64,000 bases of DNA from Gnetum montanum (taxonomy: Eukaryota > Plantae > Gnetophyta): the NCBI GenBank assembly GCA_015680685.1, contig MNCI01002794.1, positions 78,284 through 142,283 of the forward strand, written 5' to 3'. Position 1 is the stretch's first letter; the number at the start of each line of letters is the position of its first letter. Of the stretch, positions 12,305 through 26,059 are shown piece after piece. Made by a program: the position numbers and the translations under genes. The notes beneath the pieces are model-generated. The model did not search any database, was not told the DNA's origin, and worked only from the letters and a program-made list of their open reading frames with translations.

Positions 12305-13545
12305 TATTACAACTAGAAAATTCAATCACTGGAAAATTGAAAGGCCTAATGCAGCAGCCTCAACTTATAATTCCTAGTGCCTCTAGAAAATGGGATCCAA
12401 GGTACCATAGATAGTCTAGTAGATCACCTAGGGACTTAGAAAATGTAAAATGAATAACCCAAATAGGAGAAATGTAGATAAAAATAAACAATAGCAAATA
12501 CAAATTGCACACAAAAATGAAATCTTAAAACTTTATTTAAATAATAAAAAATGAGTTTAGGGGATGTGTAGAAGACATGCACGTAGGAGAGCAATGGAGG
12601 ATTCACTTGGATGGGGATTTAGAATCTATTGAAGTCAATGAAATCCACTCCATGATTTAGATNNNNNNNNNNNNNNNNNNNNNNNNNNNNNNNNNNNNNN
12701 NNNNNNNNNNNNNNNNNNNNNNNNNNNNNNNNNNNNNNNNNNNNNNNNNNNNNNNNNNNNNNNNNNNNNNNNNNNNNNNNNNNNNNNNNNNNNNNNNNNN
12801 NNNNNNNNNNNNNNNNNNNNNNNNNNNNNNNNNNNNNNNNNNNNNNNNNNNNNNNNNNNNNNNNNNNNNNNNTGGGGGTGGGAGGGGGGTGGAGGGGGCG
12901 TGGCGAGGGTTTACTATATATGGAAAATTCCATACTCCACTTACTATAAATAGTAATAAGGGCATATCATTTATTCTAGTTTTGTTCCACCATGCTGGGT
13001 CTTTTGGCATCCTCACTGGAGTACATGGTCAACATTGAAGTTAATGAAAAGTTAAAATGTAGTGCATGTGGCTTCTACACTGGGGGATGATGTCAAAATT
13101 GGGGGGGATGAAGAATCAATGCTAGGGAGGAAGGCTATACCCCTTCACACTAAGCATTTCTTACTTCACATCCCTCCACATAGGGGGTAGGTGAGATCTA
13201 CCCCTTTATGCTAGGGGTAGATGAACTACACCTCCCATGGATGCATTTTCAACATAGAAAGTCCTGTACCCTTCATAAAACCCATCAAATTACAATTTTT
13301 AGCATTCCAAAAGGCATTTTGACCCCCAAAGTCCAAATATAGATAGTACATGACCTTTTCCACTTTGGGGATGAGGCTTTGACCACTTATGAGGCATCTT
13401 TCAACCCAAAAAGTATGAGATACATGCGATTGCCCATCATGGGCTACAATCTTCATGTTTTTAATGAATTTTCATCTTAGGTTTCATGGGGTGAAGGCTA
13501 CATGATGAAAAATATTTGTAACATTTAAATTTTGATTGTGTTTCA
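12305..13545 (-). repeat. 3' LTR of element B (contains an assembly gap)
   Basis: Colinear with 44180-45614 (shared aatgaataac..aaataggagaaatgtagat and gatgaggctttgac blocks); plus-strand end gtgtttca. Confidence 0.85.
12663..12871. other. Assembly gap (N run)
   Basis: Run of n; further single n at 11453 and 16346. Confidence 1.
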
Positions 13546-14534
13546 ACGACATCTCTTTATTGATCTGTGGAGGATTGACTTGATAGGCATTGACAAAGAA
13601 TACAAAACACCCCTCTAGGTCCACCACTGATGTTTCCTCTTTGCCCTTGATCTAGTTATGTTGAACCATGTTGAAGAGTGATTATGATGATGGAGTAAGA
13701 TTATGATAAGAAAATGGTAATGAGGTCATATGAAAATGGTCATAAAGGCTAATAATGCATTCCAAGTGTTGACACCATGGCTATAGCCTTGCACTGACAT
13801 GTAGACTAAGGCTATGCACTTCATGTTTAGAAGTGAGGTTCACTCAGCAAATGCATTTAAGGAACCAACACTTTGCTCCATGATTTCTTTGGCCATTAAG
13901 ATCCTCCCTCATGATTGAAGCCATTGGTCTTCACTAGCCATCTGGCTTGGTAATTTGCATCTTCATTTTTTTTCATGGGGTGAAACCTTCATTAGGTTTC
14001 TTTTCTAAGGCATAGTTTGGTCTAGTTTTCCATTGAGTGAGTTGTATTATACTTAATAGACTTGGGTTTTTCCCATTGAATGAGATGCATTACATCTGAT
14101 GGACTTAATTATTTTTTCACTAAATGAGATGTGTTACATTCAAGTGGACTTGGAGATGGAGCATGAAAAAAGGATATCATATGGTCATAAATGCATGAAT
14201 GTTAGACATTGGTCAACATTGTTGCCCAAGGTATGGAAGGTCATAATTAGGCTATTGGGTTAGCCTCAAGAAGTGGTGCTAGATGGAGGGTAATGGTACA
14301 ATCACTCTTGACATGGTAGGACAAACTCACTGAATCGTGTACATTAAGGTTGATTGGTGACTTACTATCATAATGAATTGCACCCTTGCAATGGCTTTAG
14401 GTTTCAACCTACAAACAAAATTGCAAGATGATAAAAGAACCAAGCAAATAGAGCATGTTATAACATTACAATGCATACAAGCCACATAACATGATGAAAT
14501 GATGAACAACACCAGAGCTACCTAGGACACCAAA

Positions 14535-14612
14535 TTTGCTAGTTTAAGGCCATGGTGGGCCATGGTACTAAGTTAAGGCTTTGGTAGGCCATGTTGCTAG
14601 TTTAAGATCATA
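14535..14612. repeat. GGCC hairpin repeat cluster directly downstream of integrase
   Basis: agtttaaggccatggtgggccatgg / agttaaggctttggtaggccatg / agtttaagatcat. Confidence 0.8.
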
Positions 14613-15770
14613 GTTGGTTGAGAATTTATCTACATGCTCATGGATGTAATTGAGGATCACATCATCTTCCTTGATCTTATGCTTGGTCAAGTTATGGTGT
14701 TGTTGCCATTTCTACCTCTCTTGATACTACTCAATATGGGTAAGCATCTTTACTTATTGCTCATTCACCAAGCCCAGGTCTATGACCCACAGATCCTTAC
14801 TTTGCTCATCATTGATGAAGTTGATCAAGGCTACTCAGAACCATATATTAGGCTATAAGGTGTTACATTAGTTACCATATAGTAGGTTGTTTGATAGGCC
14901 CAAAGTTCATGAACAAGCCACTCATGCCATTTGTGCTTGATATTTTTGAGGATCTTCTTGAGCAACTTGATGATGCCTTGTTGCTTGCTTTTGTTTATCC
15001 ATTGGCTTGAGGGTAATAAGCCTATGAGAAAGAATGCTTCATGCCTAGGTTATAATAGGAATCCCTTATTTCTTTGCTACTAAAAAATGGTCCATTATCT
15101 ATGAATATGGTCATGGGTATGCCAAAATAGGATACTATGTTATCCAAAATGAATTTATAGACTTGCTCAAATATTATCCTTCTCAAGGAAATAGCTTCAA
15201 CCAACTTGGTAAAGTATTTGGTTGTGGTGATGATGAAGTTATGTCTTGTGAAAGACAGGCATTATAGGTCTAATGATGTCCAACCTCCATCATTGAAATG
15301 GCCAAGCTATCTAAGTAGTATGAAAATCAGACGACGGTACATGTATGAGATTGTTATGTCATTGGCACATGTCATAGGTCTTAACCTTCTATAGGTAATC
15401 ACTTTCCATATAGGACCAATAGTAACATAACCATCTAATTTTAGCAGCCATGGCTTTAGATCCTATATGTCCCCCATAAACACCCTCATGAACTTTCTCT
15501 AGGATTGTATTGGCTTTGATTTTACCTAAGCACACTAACAATACATCATCATAGGATTGTACTATTGATATAATGTGTTATCACCTACTAAGACATAATA
15601 TTTTGATCATTTACATACAACATCCGTTTGAGTAGTAGTTAGGCCTTGTGAATGTTCATCATGCATAATGTAAAATTTGATATTGTCATACCTCTCCTTG
15701 GAAAGAGTAGTATGAAATATGGCCACAAAGGTATCCTTAGTGCTCTTTGTGATAGGGATAACATAGTCCA
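14612..15770 (-). pseudogene. pol: Integrase of element B
   Basis: VHEGVYGGHIG...YYW...C zinc-finger region; WRLDII; TKYFTKLVEAISL; FGIPMTIFIDNGPFF; YYPQANG. Confidence 0.92.
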
Positions 15771-15820
15771 NTTGAATCCCATTTTTTTGAGGTCCTAATG
15801 ATTCAAGATTAAGGTTGCTA

Positions 15821-16340
15821 CATCAAATCTTTGGATTTTCTAGCAATTTAGTTTCTCACTTGAAACACCATATAGCCCAATGGAAAGCCATAACAATCGA
15901 GTTTGAGCTTCATTACATTTCTCAATCCTTAACAAAGGATCAAGCTAAAGCCTTAGAACTCAGTGTTTTGCCTACTGATGACCAAGTAGCCATAGATCTT
16001 GAGTTTCATGATGTACATGTCAACACTATTAGCCATATGCCTAAGGGCTATGAAGTAGTAATGTACTTTGATAAAGCCTCAAATGCCCATGGGGTTAGTG
16101 TCACTACCATCATAACATTCCCATTTGATAAAATATGATCCTTTACCTAGTTTTTTAAGTTTCCATGTACCAACAACATAGATTTAATTAGGGGGATGAT
16201 AGTAGCTCATGACCTAGGAATCAAGTGATTAACAATCAAAGGAAATTCATAACTTCTGGTCAACCAAGTAACCAAGGTTTATCTATACAAAGCCAAACAT
16301 CTATAGCCTTAATATAACTTAAGGAAGTAGTTATAATAGT
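15821..16340 (+). pseudogene. RNase H C-terminus/tether plus additional (archaeal-type) RNase H of a Tat element, inverted relative to RT and integrase
   Basis: IAQWKAITIEFELHYISQ...KDQA; MYFDKAS; FPCTNN; DLGIK*LTIKGNS*LLVNQV, read on the plus strand. Confidence 0.85.
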
Positions 16341-16346
16341 TTATAN

Positions 16347-18592
16347 CCTTTTGGCTTCTACTTTCATAATTGCAATCAAGATGCCATCCTACATTTTGGC
16401 ATAAATGTAGTTATAACAATATTCATTTATGATTGTAAAGTCAATACTTTTCCTCCTAACCCTCAAAGAATGCCTACACTTGATGATAGTAGGGTCTTTG
16501 GGATCGTAGACCCTCATGGCTTATTGGCTAGACCCTTCATTAGTGAAGGTGAAAGGTTATTTTATTGATTATGAGAAAGACATGATTATTATGTTAAAAA
16601 TGGATTGAGATTGGCTATAAAAGTTGAAGATGGGATCAAATTCTAGTAAGTGGAATCTAAAAAATGATCAAGGAAAGCAAAAATGGATAAAAACAAGGCA
16701 TTTACTATAAATAGTAAGTGGGGGGTAAAGGGGGTATCCCCTTTTATCAAAAATAGAATACTAGAAATTTTGGCAAGAATTCTTATAAACATTGGCCTTC
16801 TAGTTTCCTCTACACTAGGAATGGCAAGGGAAAAAGAAGGGGGTGAGATGGGGAAATCTCACACCTTCCTATTCTAATGTTGATTATGGGAGAGGGGGGG
16901 AGGCGGGGGTGTGGGGGAGTGGTGGTGGGGCCATCACAAGGAAAGGATAAAAAACCAAAGTGGAAAGTTGGTGCTTTTCATTAGATCCTAGTTTTGTTAG
17001 GCTACCAATTTACTCAACTAGGAAGAATGGGGGTTTAGCTATCTTTCAGAAGTTTGATGACTTTCGAAAGAGTTTCACCACCAATGTTTAAACAAATTGA
17101 AAAACAATTGGTAGCAAAAGGGAGGGGGGATGGTATCAATGCTGGCCTTGGATTTTGAAATTCACAACAAGTGTTGTAAAAAATTCAACATCCAACCACT
17201 TGCAACTTAAACACTAAATTTTCTATCATAGGGGGAAAGGGCAACATTGGTTTCCAAGGTTTTTGCTAAAAAACATAAAGAAAAACTTTCAAATGGCAAC
17301 GTTGACAATGAGGGAGAAAGATCTTTGAAAACGAAATTAGGCAAAGGCCCTTCTTCTAGTGCCAAAAAACTATTGCAATTGGAAAAATTGATCACTAGAA
17401 AATAAAAAGATCTAGTATAGCAACCTCAACCTTGAATTCCTAGGGCCTCCAAAAAATGAAATTTGAGATGTCCTAGATGGTCCATTAGATCACCCAAGGA
17501 CTTATGAAATTCAAAATGGGGGGTTGAGAAAATAAAAAGTAAAAATTACAAATATGGAAAATGGAAATAAAACATAAATTGCACACAAAATGAAACTTTA
17601 AAAATTTATTTTAAAATAATAAAGAATGAGTTCTAGAAATATGTACAAGAAATACCTATGAGAGAGAAAAGGGGGGTTCATTGGGATAGGAGTTTAGAAC
17701 CTGTTAAAGTTGATGTGATCTACTCCATGATCCAGGTGATAAGCCACTCCTAATGGTTTTGAGCCTTCTTTGATAAAAACTGTAGATCTACAACTTGGTC
17801 ACCATAACGGGGTGAGAAGAGTGGAAAACTTTGGCTATAAAAATGCTCCACATTGGAAGTTGGAGATCCTAGAAGTGTAGTGTTAAGATCAAAAACCTAC
17901 CAATCTCAAAGGGAGTAATAAGGAGGAAAATAGAGCTATAGAGATTCCAAGCTAGAAATGCTCCAAGAAGCTATGTTGCTACAAGGTTTCAAGAGCTCTT
18001 GGAAGCCAAAATTCCTATGTGCTCAAAAATGCTAGAGTGTGAAACCTTAAAAGGGTGTTGGGGTTTTAATTTTATAAGTTTTGGGCCATGATTTTTGCTA
18101 CAAATTGGTTGATAGATTGGCTGAAAATTGCTACAAATTTTCTACCACATTTAGGTGAGATGTGTGCCCAAATTTGGGGGGTTACTATGTATAGTAAGTG
18201 CTAAACTCCCATGGCCATTGCATTTACTATAAATAGTAATGGAGGTACACCTTCTACACTAGAGATAGATATTCTACATTAGGCCTTTAGTCTTTCACAC
18301 TAAAGTGGTTGGTTGAACTTGAAGTCATTGGATTATTAAAATTTTGCTCATGTTGCTTCCATATTGGGGCCATATAGTTTCTATGCTGGGGGTGAGGCCA
18401 CTAGCGTAGGGGAAAACTTCCATATCAAGAGAAGAAGGTTTCCATGCTATGCATGTAGTCTCCATGCTAGGGGTGAAGTTTCCAATCTGAGGAAGAAGCC
18501 CCCATTCCTCCACGTTAGGGGTAGGTGAGATTTATCCCCTGTAGGTATTTCTATCATAGAATAATATATACCCCCCATAAAACCCATCAAAT
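16347..18592 (-). mobile_element. Fragment C: partial LTR (17371-~18592), PBS (17347-17364) and 5' UTR of a sister element of B
   Basis: Homologous to 43500-45355; PBS tggcactagaagaaggg; LTR truncated at aaaacccatcaaat where it joins RT. Confidence 0.8.
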
Positions 18593-19474
18593 AGCTATAT
18601 CATCTACATAATAGTTGAGAAAACCTAGCATGTAATCACTAAAGATGTATTTCATGGCTCTCTAGTAAGTTTCTATTGTGTCTTTAAGACCAAAGGACAT
18701 CATAGTATAGCAAAATCTAACCCAAGAGATCATGAAGGTCATGGTAAGTTGATGTTCTAGGTTGATCCTAATCTAGTTGTATCCTGAGAACCCATCCATG
18801 AAGGATATCAAGGCATGTCCAGTTGTACTATCGATAAGTTGATTAATACTAAGGAAAGGAAAGTCATTCTTAATGGTTGCCTTATTTAGGTCTCAAAAAT
18901 TGATGTAAATATGGACATTCCCATTCTTCTTAGGAACTATCACTATGTTGGACACCCATTCTGTGTAGTCAATGGCCCTAATGAAACTAGCTTGGTAGAG
19001 TTTTGTGATTTCATAATCGACTATTAGGGCCAGATCAAGTCTAACCTTGCAAAGTTTTTGATTAACTAGTATAATGCTAGGATCAAGTATGATGTTGTAT
19101 TGTACTAAGTGTGGGTCTAGGCCTAGAATATCTTCATATGACTAAGAGAATTCCTTGATGTTGTCTTATAGGACTTTGGTAACATCTTGAGCTTGTTGAG
19201 GTTCTAGTGAGGAACTTAGCTTTAGGATTTTCTCCTTACCACTATGTGTCATGACAAGAATCTTAACTAGAGAGTCTTTAGTAATGTCACCAACCTCTAG
19301 GTCAAGGGTTTTAACTAGGTTTTTAGGCCATTCTAAAGGTTTCACTATCGAGGCTATGTAATCAACAAGACCTTCAAGCTTGAGATCTAGGAAATCAAGG
19401 TTAATATGTTGTTCTACATTACCATAAGACCCTGTTAGGCTCAAAGCTAAACTAATCAGCTCCTAGGTACTCAT
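18593..19474 (-). pseudogene. pol: Reverse transcriptase of element B (truncated just after YVDD)
   Basis: YEDILGLDP; EWVSNIVIVPKKNG; DLNKATIKNDFP; SFMDGFSGYN; MSFGLK; YVDDI. In-frame ATG at 19474. Confidence 0.92.
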
Positions 19475-19707
19475 ACTTTACTTCTACATGCCAACCATAT
19501 GCACATGAACAAATAATATCAAAATTCTATAAAATTATGCAAATCCATGCTATAAAATGCAAACACAAGGTAATAAGGTTGTATAAGATTGTGAGAGATA
19601 GAAAGAAATTAATAAGATGAAACAAAGGTTAGAAAAAGGTCAAGAAAAGGTCAAAAAAGGCTAAAATAAGTATAACAAGATAAAGCAAGGTCAACTAAGA
19701 TCACAAG

Positions 19708-20058
19708 CTTGCCAATTTATGGCCTTGGTAGGCCATGATACCAATTTTAGGCCTTAGTGGACCATGTTCACATGGTGTCAAATTGTGGTCAAGGAATGTC
19801 AAACCCCATCATTCAAGACCTATCAAAGACTAAAACAAGGTTATAAAAGGATATAATGTAGAAAGTAAAGGCAAACATATTGAGATATAGGTGGTAATGA
19901 GGCTAAAGAAGGTCAACAATGCAACAATGATCAAAATAGGTCATAATATGATAAAAACCAGGCTAAAATAAGGCATATGGGGATACATATGATGAATCTT
20001 GGTCAAAAAATGATAAAAAGGATCACATTTTAGTTTTAGGCCTGAGTAGGCCATGGCT
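19708..20058. repeat. GGCC hairpin units upstream of RT
   Basis: aatttatggccttggtaggccatg, aattttaggccttagtggaccatg (19714-19766) and agttttaggcctgagtaggccatgg (~20032-20056). Confidence 0.75.
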
Positions 20059-20822
20059 TAAGGATGTTGGGTAATTTTGAGTGTCAACAATGGTTGTTTC
20101 TAGGTTGTTTCAACTAAGAAAGTAAGGCTTTTGAGGCTTCCACACTGGATCCACATTGGCCAACATGGAAGGGTGACCCCCAATGTAGATGGAACATCTA
20201 GATAATTTTCTAGGCTTATTTTGGCTAGTTTTCAAAGTCTAGGACTAGTCAGGGTAGGTCCTAGCTACCAAAAAAGGCAAGGAGGTTAGTATGAGAGTGT
20301 TATGAGTTGATGGAGGTTGGTATTCATACTAGATCCATGTTGCCCAATGTGGATACAAGGGTGGATGGGCTGTGACAAGGTTATGGGTGTTACATGGGGT
20401 CAAAACCCCAGCATTGATGGTGTTTCCCAACCTAGAACACCATTCATGGGGGTGTATGGTGGGTCCACTACCTAAAATACAAAAATTTTAACTTGGAATT
20501 TTGTTTCCTACCATTCCTAGTGTATAGAAGAAGTTTTCCCCTTACACTTCAATGCACATTGAGTTTCGATGCATAGAATTGGCAACAGGGGTAGAGGAAT
20601 GAGCGTTTAGGTTTTACTCTGGGTTTTATGGCTGATTTTGTTACAAACACTAATTACAATTCTCATTTCAACATACTGCGCATTGGAAGAGAGTTCTAAT
20701 AGATATTCTTATAGAAAAAACCATCCATTCTTCAGTGTGGAAGCACCAGACCTTCTTCCTAGCCAAGGTAGATACTTCAATACTTCTAGGTTCCAAGCTT
20801 CTTCAATGTTGTTGAAGCAAAG

Positions 20823-23800
20823 ATGAAGAAACATGGAGGTAGCAGTAGAAATCAAAGGATTCAGGAGGTAGATGTGGCTTCAAAAAACATCCCCAAACTA
20901 CCCAAGATGGTTTCTATTCAATCTTCATATATGACCACGCCAAGGTAGACCATTTCTAGCCATTTTTTCTTCAATCTCCTATAGTCATTTTTATGCCTTT
21001 CTAGCTAGGGTAATAGTTATTTTTTCATATCTATGACAACGGAATTAATAATATGAAATTCTATCAAAATCCTACCTTTTATTTAAATGGTTTTAATATA
21101 GATCTAGGGTCATTTTTTTATTTATACTTCAACTGATCTAGTTTTAAAATTAGGTTTGTTGTTTCATGTGCTTTTTTCTCATCAATTTAGGGGTGAAGCC
21201 ATTTTTGTCAAATCTAGGCTACAATATTTATCAAAGTTAAATTTTGACCAAATCCCATCCCCTATTTTGGTGGCTTTTTAAGTGGGTTTGAGGTTTTTTT
21301 GGCTATTTTGGCTTTAATCAATGCATAAATTAAATTAGGTTTTGCAAATTTTGTGTTTTAAATGAATTTTTGGTGAAAAAAACAAGCAAAGTTATAAAGT
21401 TTTTGTTATGAATTTTTGGTGAAATAGTTATGGGCTTTTAGATTTTTTTTAAGGTTCTTGTTGATTATGTTATTGTTATAATTGAAGTGGTAATGATGAA
21501 GTTATGTCAATTTTAGTTAGGTTGCACAATTAGGGCTTAAAAATTTTCATAAATGTTCACAATTTTCATGAATGTTCATAATTTGTTTTAAAATAAATAC
21601 AAAGGTTTTGAATTTTTTATAAATATAGATGTGTAGACTTGATTCAAGCTTTTAAACTCTAGTAGAATCGCTCTGTCTAGAGCTTCAATGAGTTTTTGGT
21701 AAATTTTTTTGCCAAGCTTACATGAAAGGGGGTTTATGGTGATAGTTATGGTTGTGTAATTTTGGCTTTCTTATGTAATAATGGTTGTAAAGTTTTGGTT
21801 ATGATGGCTATGGATAAAAAGCATGTGATTTCAATATTCCTTCTATGGTAGCATCACTAAAATAATAGCTAGGATGAATTTTTAATGAATTTTTAACTAA
21901 GGCTATGTCAATTGGGTTTAATTTCTAGTTGTATCAGCTTTACGCCTTGGAGGTTTGTAGCGTTGACATGCTTAAGAATTTCTCTTGTCAACATCCCATG
22001 CTAATACGAATGTCCAAAGATGTTAACTATGCTCTAAAATTGGTTTTTACAAAAGATAAGAATGTTTTACTATTTTTAGTGATGTTTTTGCTATGGCCAT
22101 TTCTAGCTTTTTGATGTTTTTCTATGTTGATGTATGGCTTGAACTAAGGCATAATAATGTTGTGATATTTTGGCTATAGAGTTTAATGTCTATGGAAGTT
22201 GTAACATGGTTATTGTCAAATCTCTAAACAAATTTTAACAAACACTTTGGAGGATTTTTATAGGGGCTAATCTAATCCCCAACTAATATGTTTCACAATA
22301 TTCATAAGGAAATTCTAAGTCTTAAGACATGGTTCTAATGGTGTTTATGTTTCTCCATGTAGGGCCTTGATAAAGCCCATACTCATTGTGTCTAAGTTGG
22401 TTGGCATTCTATGTTGCATTAGCCAACCTAAGGTAAACACTCATATGGCTAACATGGTCCTAGAGAGGAACTCACTATGGTTTGGAGTAAGGGCAAGAGA
22501 ATTTCTTGCCTACATCTTGCAAAAATTTAGTATGATAATGTGGTCATACTTGTTTGTAGATGTGGTTGTAGTCATAGTGGAGATCCTACTTCTCGTGGTT
22601 GATCATCAAATTCATAACTAACAATCTGGTAGTCTAAGCAGTAGGAGAGCTGATAAAGGCTAGGGATCCCATTGGTACACATTACCTTTTGAACATCTGG
22701 ATGATGCCAAAGTATGCTTAGTACAATCCTGATAATACTTTGATGATGATGCATAGAGTCCATACCTTATTCTAGAATCCTCTAGGCAATGTGTATCAAG
22801 TACAAGGGTAAGCATGATTATTATAGGTTTTTTATGTTCTGGCTTTACTAGTTTGGCCACCTTTCCTAACTTGTTCATTTTATGAACTTCTTACATGTAT
22901 AGGGTCAATGATCAAGGATTGATCATAAATGATCAAACCTTGCCAATAGCTCAAACTACTCTAAATGTATTTACCAAAGGCCCTGAGATTCCAATTTTTA
23001 TGTATGAATAGTTGAGAAGGGATTTTGATAAATACACCACTAACTTCAGCCCTATCTAGAAGAAGTGTGTAGCTAGCAAAATAGCACATAGCTAGTGGGT
23101 GGCCTTCAAGGGTATCAGAGATAAAGGCATTATCACTAGAATCCTCACATAAGCTTCACCAAGCAAGAAGAAGAAAGGTGAGGATAAGAATGATTTTATA
23201 CTTAAGGATTTATGGCTATTTGGATCTTAATGATCCTATGGTCTTTATCTATGGTCTAAACACACTTGTATTGATGCTAAGTGATTATCATTGACTTTTA
23301 GAACCTTTCACTCCTTCTCAGATCATGGTACCTCTTTTTGGATGCTTTGTGGATAATCTCATTCTAAATTTTGGTGATGTGGGATTGGCACTAGAGTGGT
23401 TGAGGGGGAAAGCATGTAAGGATGTTTAGGTAAACATCATGCTTGCTAGTTTGCTTAATGTCTTCATGGCACCTAGCACTTCCATCCCTTCTATAGAGAT
23501 GTTGAACATCATTGACTCTTTCAACCTAAGAGCCAATGTATTTCACACCATAATACAAGGCATACCTATCACCATTGTGATCAATGAGGGAACCTTATGT
23601 GACTTGTTTGGTGTTCCTGCTAACAAGATTATGGTTGATACCAAACTAGTGAAGAAGGTCAATCATAGTAAGGATGTTGAGAAGTGTCTTGGTGCTAGTA
23701 GGAGCCACATTAGACTTACCTTAGATGGCTTCAAAAATATTAAAGTAAAGGAATCTTATCCTTTGTTTTGATCTCATGCCTTTCCTAAATTATTATTGAC

Positions 23801-26059
23801 AAAGAAAGTAATTGGTATCACCTAGGGATGGACCTTTAAAAAGGTCTTGATGAAGGGCATGCACTTCATCTGGGCTACTTTCTTAGCTACAAGCCTGAAG
23901 GAGGAAATCCTCAAACTTTGTGAAGACACCTCTATAATAATCCATATACATCATGCATTTTTTGCAAGTTATTCAAAGAGATTTGTGAAGTTCTAGATGG
24001 TGATTAGGAATGGATGATTGATAAAATAGGATCCAAACTAGCTTATTAGGCCTTGGATAAAGTATCTTTATCCAACTATGCAGGCCTAGAATCCACTGGA
24101 GAACATGAAAGACTCACTTTTATTACCACCAAAGGATTTGATGTACATGGTATGAATCCCCTGATAACATGGAAGAGGAGCCTTTGACCATTTCAACAAA
24201 CATCCTGAGGACTTGTCACTATGTTTCAAGGCCAATACGGTATCCAAGACCAAGCTAAAATGGTTTGTAAAGGAAGCACTACTAGCATCATAGCCACCCA
24301 TGAAGTAGAAGATCCTCTTTAGCCTCAATTGATCACATCAGGTAGTTGTAGGTAAGTCTAGCTATTTTGTTAATGCTTTGGCTATGTTATGTTCTGTATC
24401 TCATGGTTACATGTACTAACTTGTCTAATAGGTTATGGCTACAGATTAGTGGTAGGAGATTGATGCTCAAGCTACCACTATGGAAGAAGAGCAAATGCAT
24501 ATAGAGGAGGAGCATAGACATGCTACTGAGGAGCAAAGGTGTGTGGTTGCTACAATAATGGAAAAACAAAGGCATGTAGAAGAGGCACACTTATAGCTTA
24601 AGGGTTTTCCAATTTGACATGGATGATCTAGATACCTTGTTCACTAAGCCACTACCAAGGGATCCCCCAGTCATCATCCCTAATGAACATGAGAGTCTAG
24701 GTATGTTTATGTCTTAGCTCCACTTGTTATAGCCTCTAGTTATATGCCTAGTTCTCTTTATAATCTCTTAATGATTATTATGTTTTTTGTAGTTCCTAAG
24801 ACACTAGCAAAGATCTCTACATTCATGTTTCACATGAAGCCATGGGTAGAGGTCCTAGACAAGATGGAATTCATGCACAAGTTGGCAAAGGACATCATCA
24901 ATTGACTATGATAGGCCACACTTGAGATTGGTAAGAGCTATGTTTTACTATCCCTTAGTAATTTATCTATAAGTTATGTTTCATGTTATGGCTATCTTAG
25001 GTTGTATTTTGTGTTTATTATTATATTTTTATTATTTTTAGTGCCATCAGTTATGTGGAACTTGGCCCAAGACATGAAGTTTAACTCCTTGCCTAGGCTT
25101 CCTCTTGACACCTCAAATGTCATCCTAAAGCTGTATAAAACTACCATTGATATTGCAGTTTCATGTGCAAAAGCTGCATGGGAGATTTAGAGGTTCAACA
25201 AATCCCTATGGGAGCAAGTTGTGGCGTTGAAGGAGGAAACTAAAAGGCAAGATGAGAGGATTAGGGATATTAAGGATCATAAGGCCTTCATGGAAAGTCC
25301 AAGTGGGTAGCTTAGAGAAATTTTGGACTAAAGAGATCACGTGGACCCACTACTGATACACCATCCATGATAAGGTAGCCCTTTTGAGGGATCTAGACAT
25401 GCAATAGATGCAGATGGATCTAATTACATGAAAGGCCCAAGATTGGAAGGATTATAGTGTCTAGGTACTTCAGTGGATCTAGGCACAAACAAATCATAAG
25501 ATGTAGTATAAGGTTGATAAGGAGGCATACTTGAAGTGGTTGAAGAAGGAAATGACTAAACAACATAAGATGGAGTTTTTCATTTAGGGCATTTAGGCTA
25601 AAAGTGCTTACAAACTCTTTGAAAGCACTCTCATGATGGTTGAATCCTATACTCCTTATATCACTATGGTTGTAGATGAGTTGTCAACAACTATAGTCTC
25701 ATGGGAGTTGCCATCATGGATAGGCATGGATAGGACAAACATCCTTATTGGCATTAATTTTGGGAATGTTGATTGTGCTAACATGACAAAAGATAAGATT
25801 CTCCATTGTTTTGAGACTAGCCTTCAACATCTTCCTGATATTTCATGAAGCTAGATTCCCCATAGGTTTGATGGATTTTATGTTTTGAATTTTAATTTTT
25901 GATTTATTTAAGTTATAGTTTTGACAATTGGTTATTAATTGATTGTATGTTGTTGTGTCACAAGCAACAGGCAGTGTTAGTAGCCCCAGTAGTAATGGTG
26001 ATGATGATGATCAACCACCTCCTTCTCTAGGCACCACCTTGGCACCATCACATGCTTAA
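20823..26059 (+). pseudogene. Antisense multi-exon accessory gene of element B, lying between protease and RT
   Basis: Homologous to 1-3328. GT..AG introns 20945-22362, 22808-22902, 23178-23301, 24352-24431, 24701-24792, 24931-25041, 25866-~25970; six positions match element A. First exon and start codon are tentative. Confidence 0.8.

Noticed and set aside
20823-26059. Host gene interrupted or captured by chance
   Set aside because: Present at the same position in two diverged elements and decayed along with them; better explained as a family component, though its ultimate origin is unknown.
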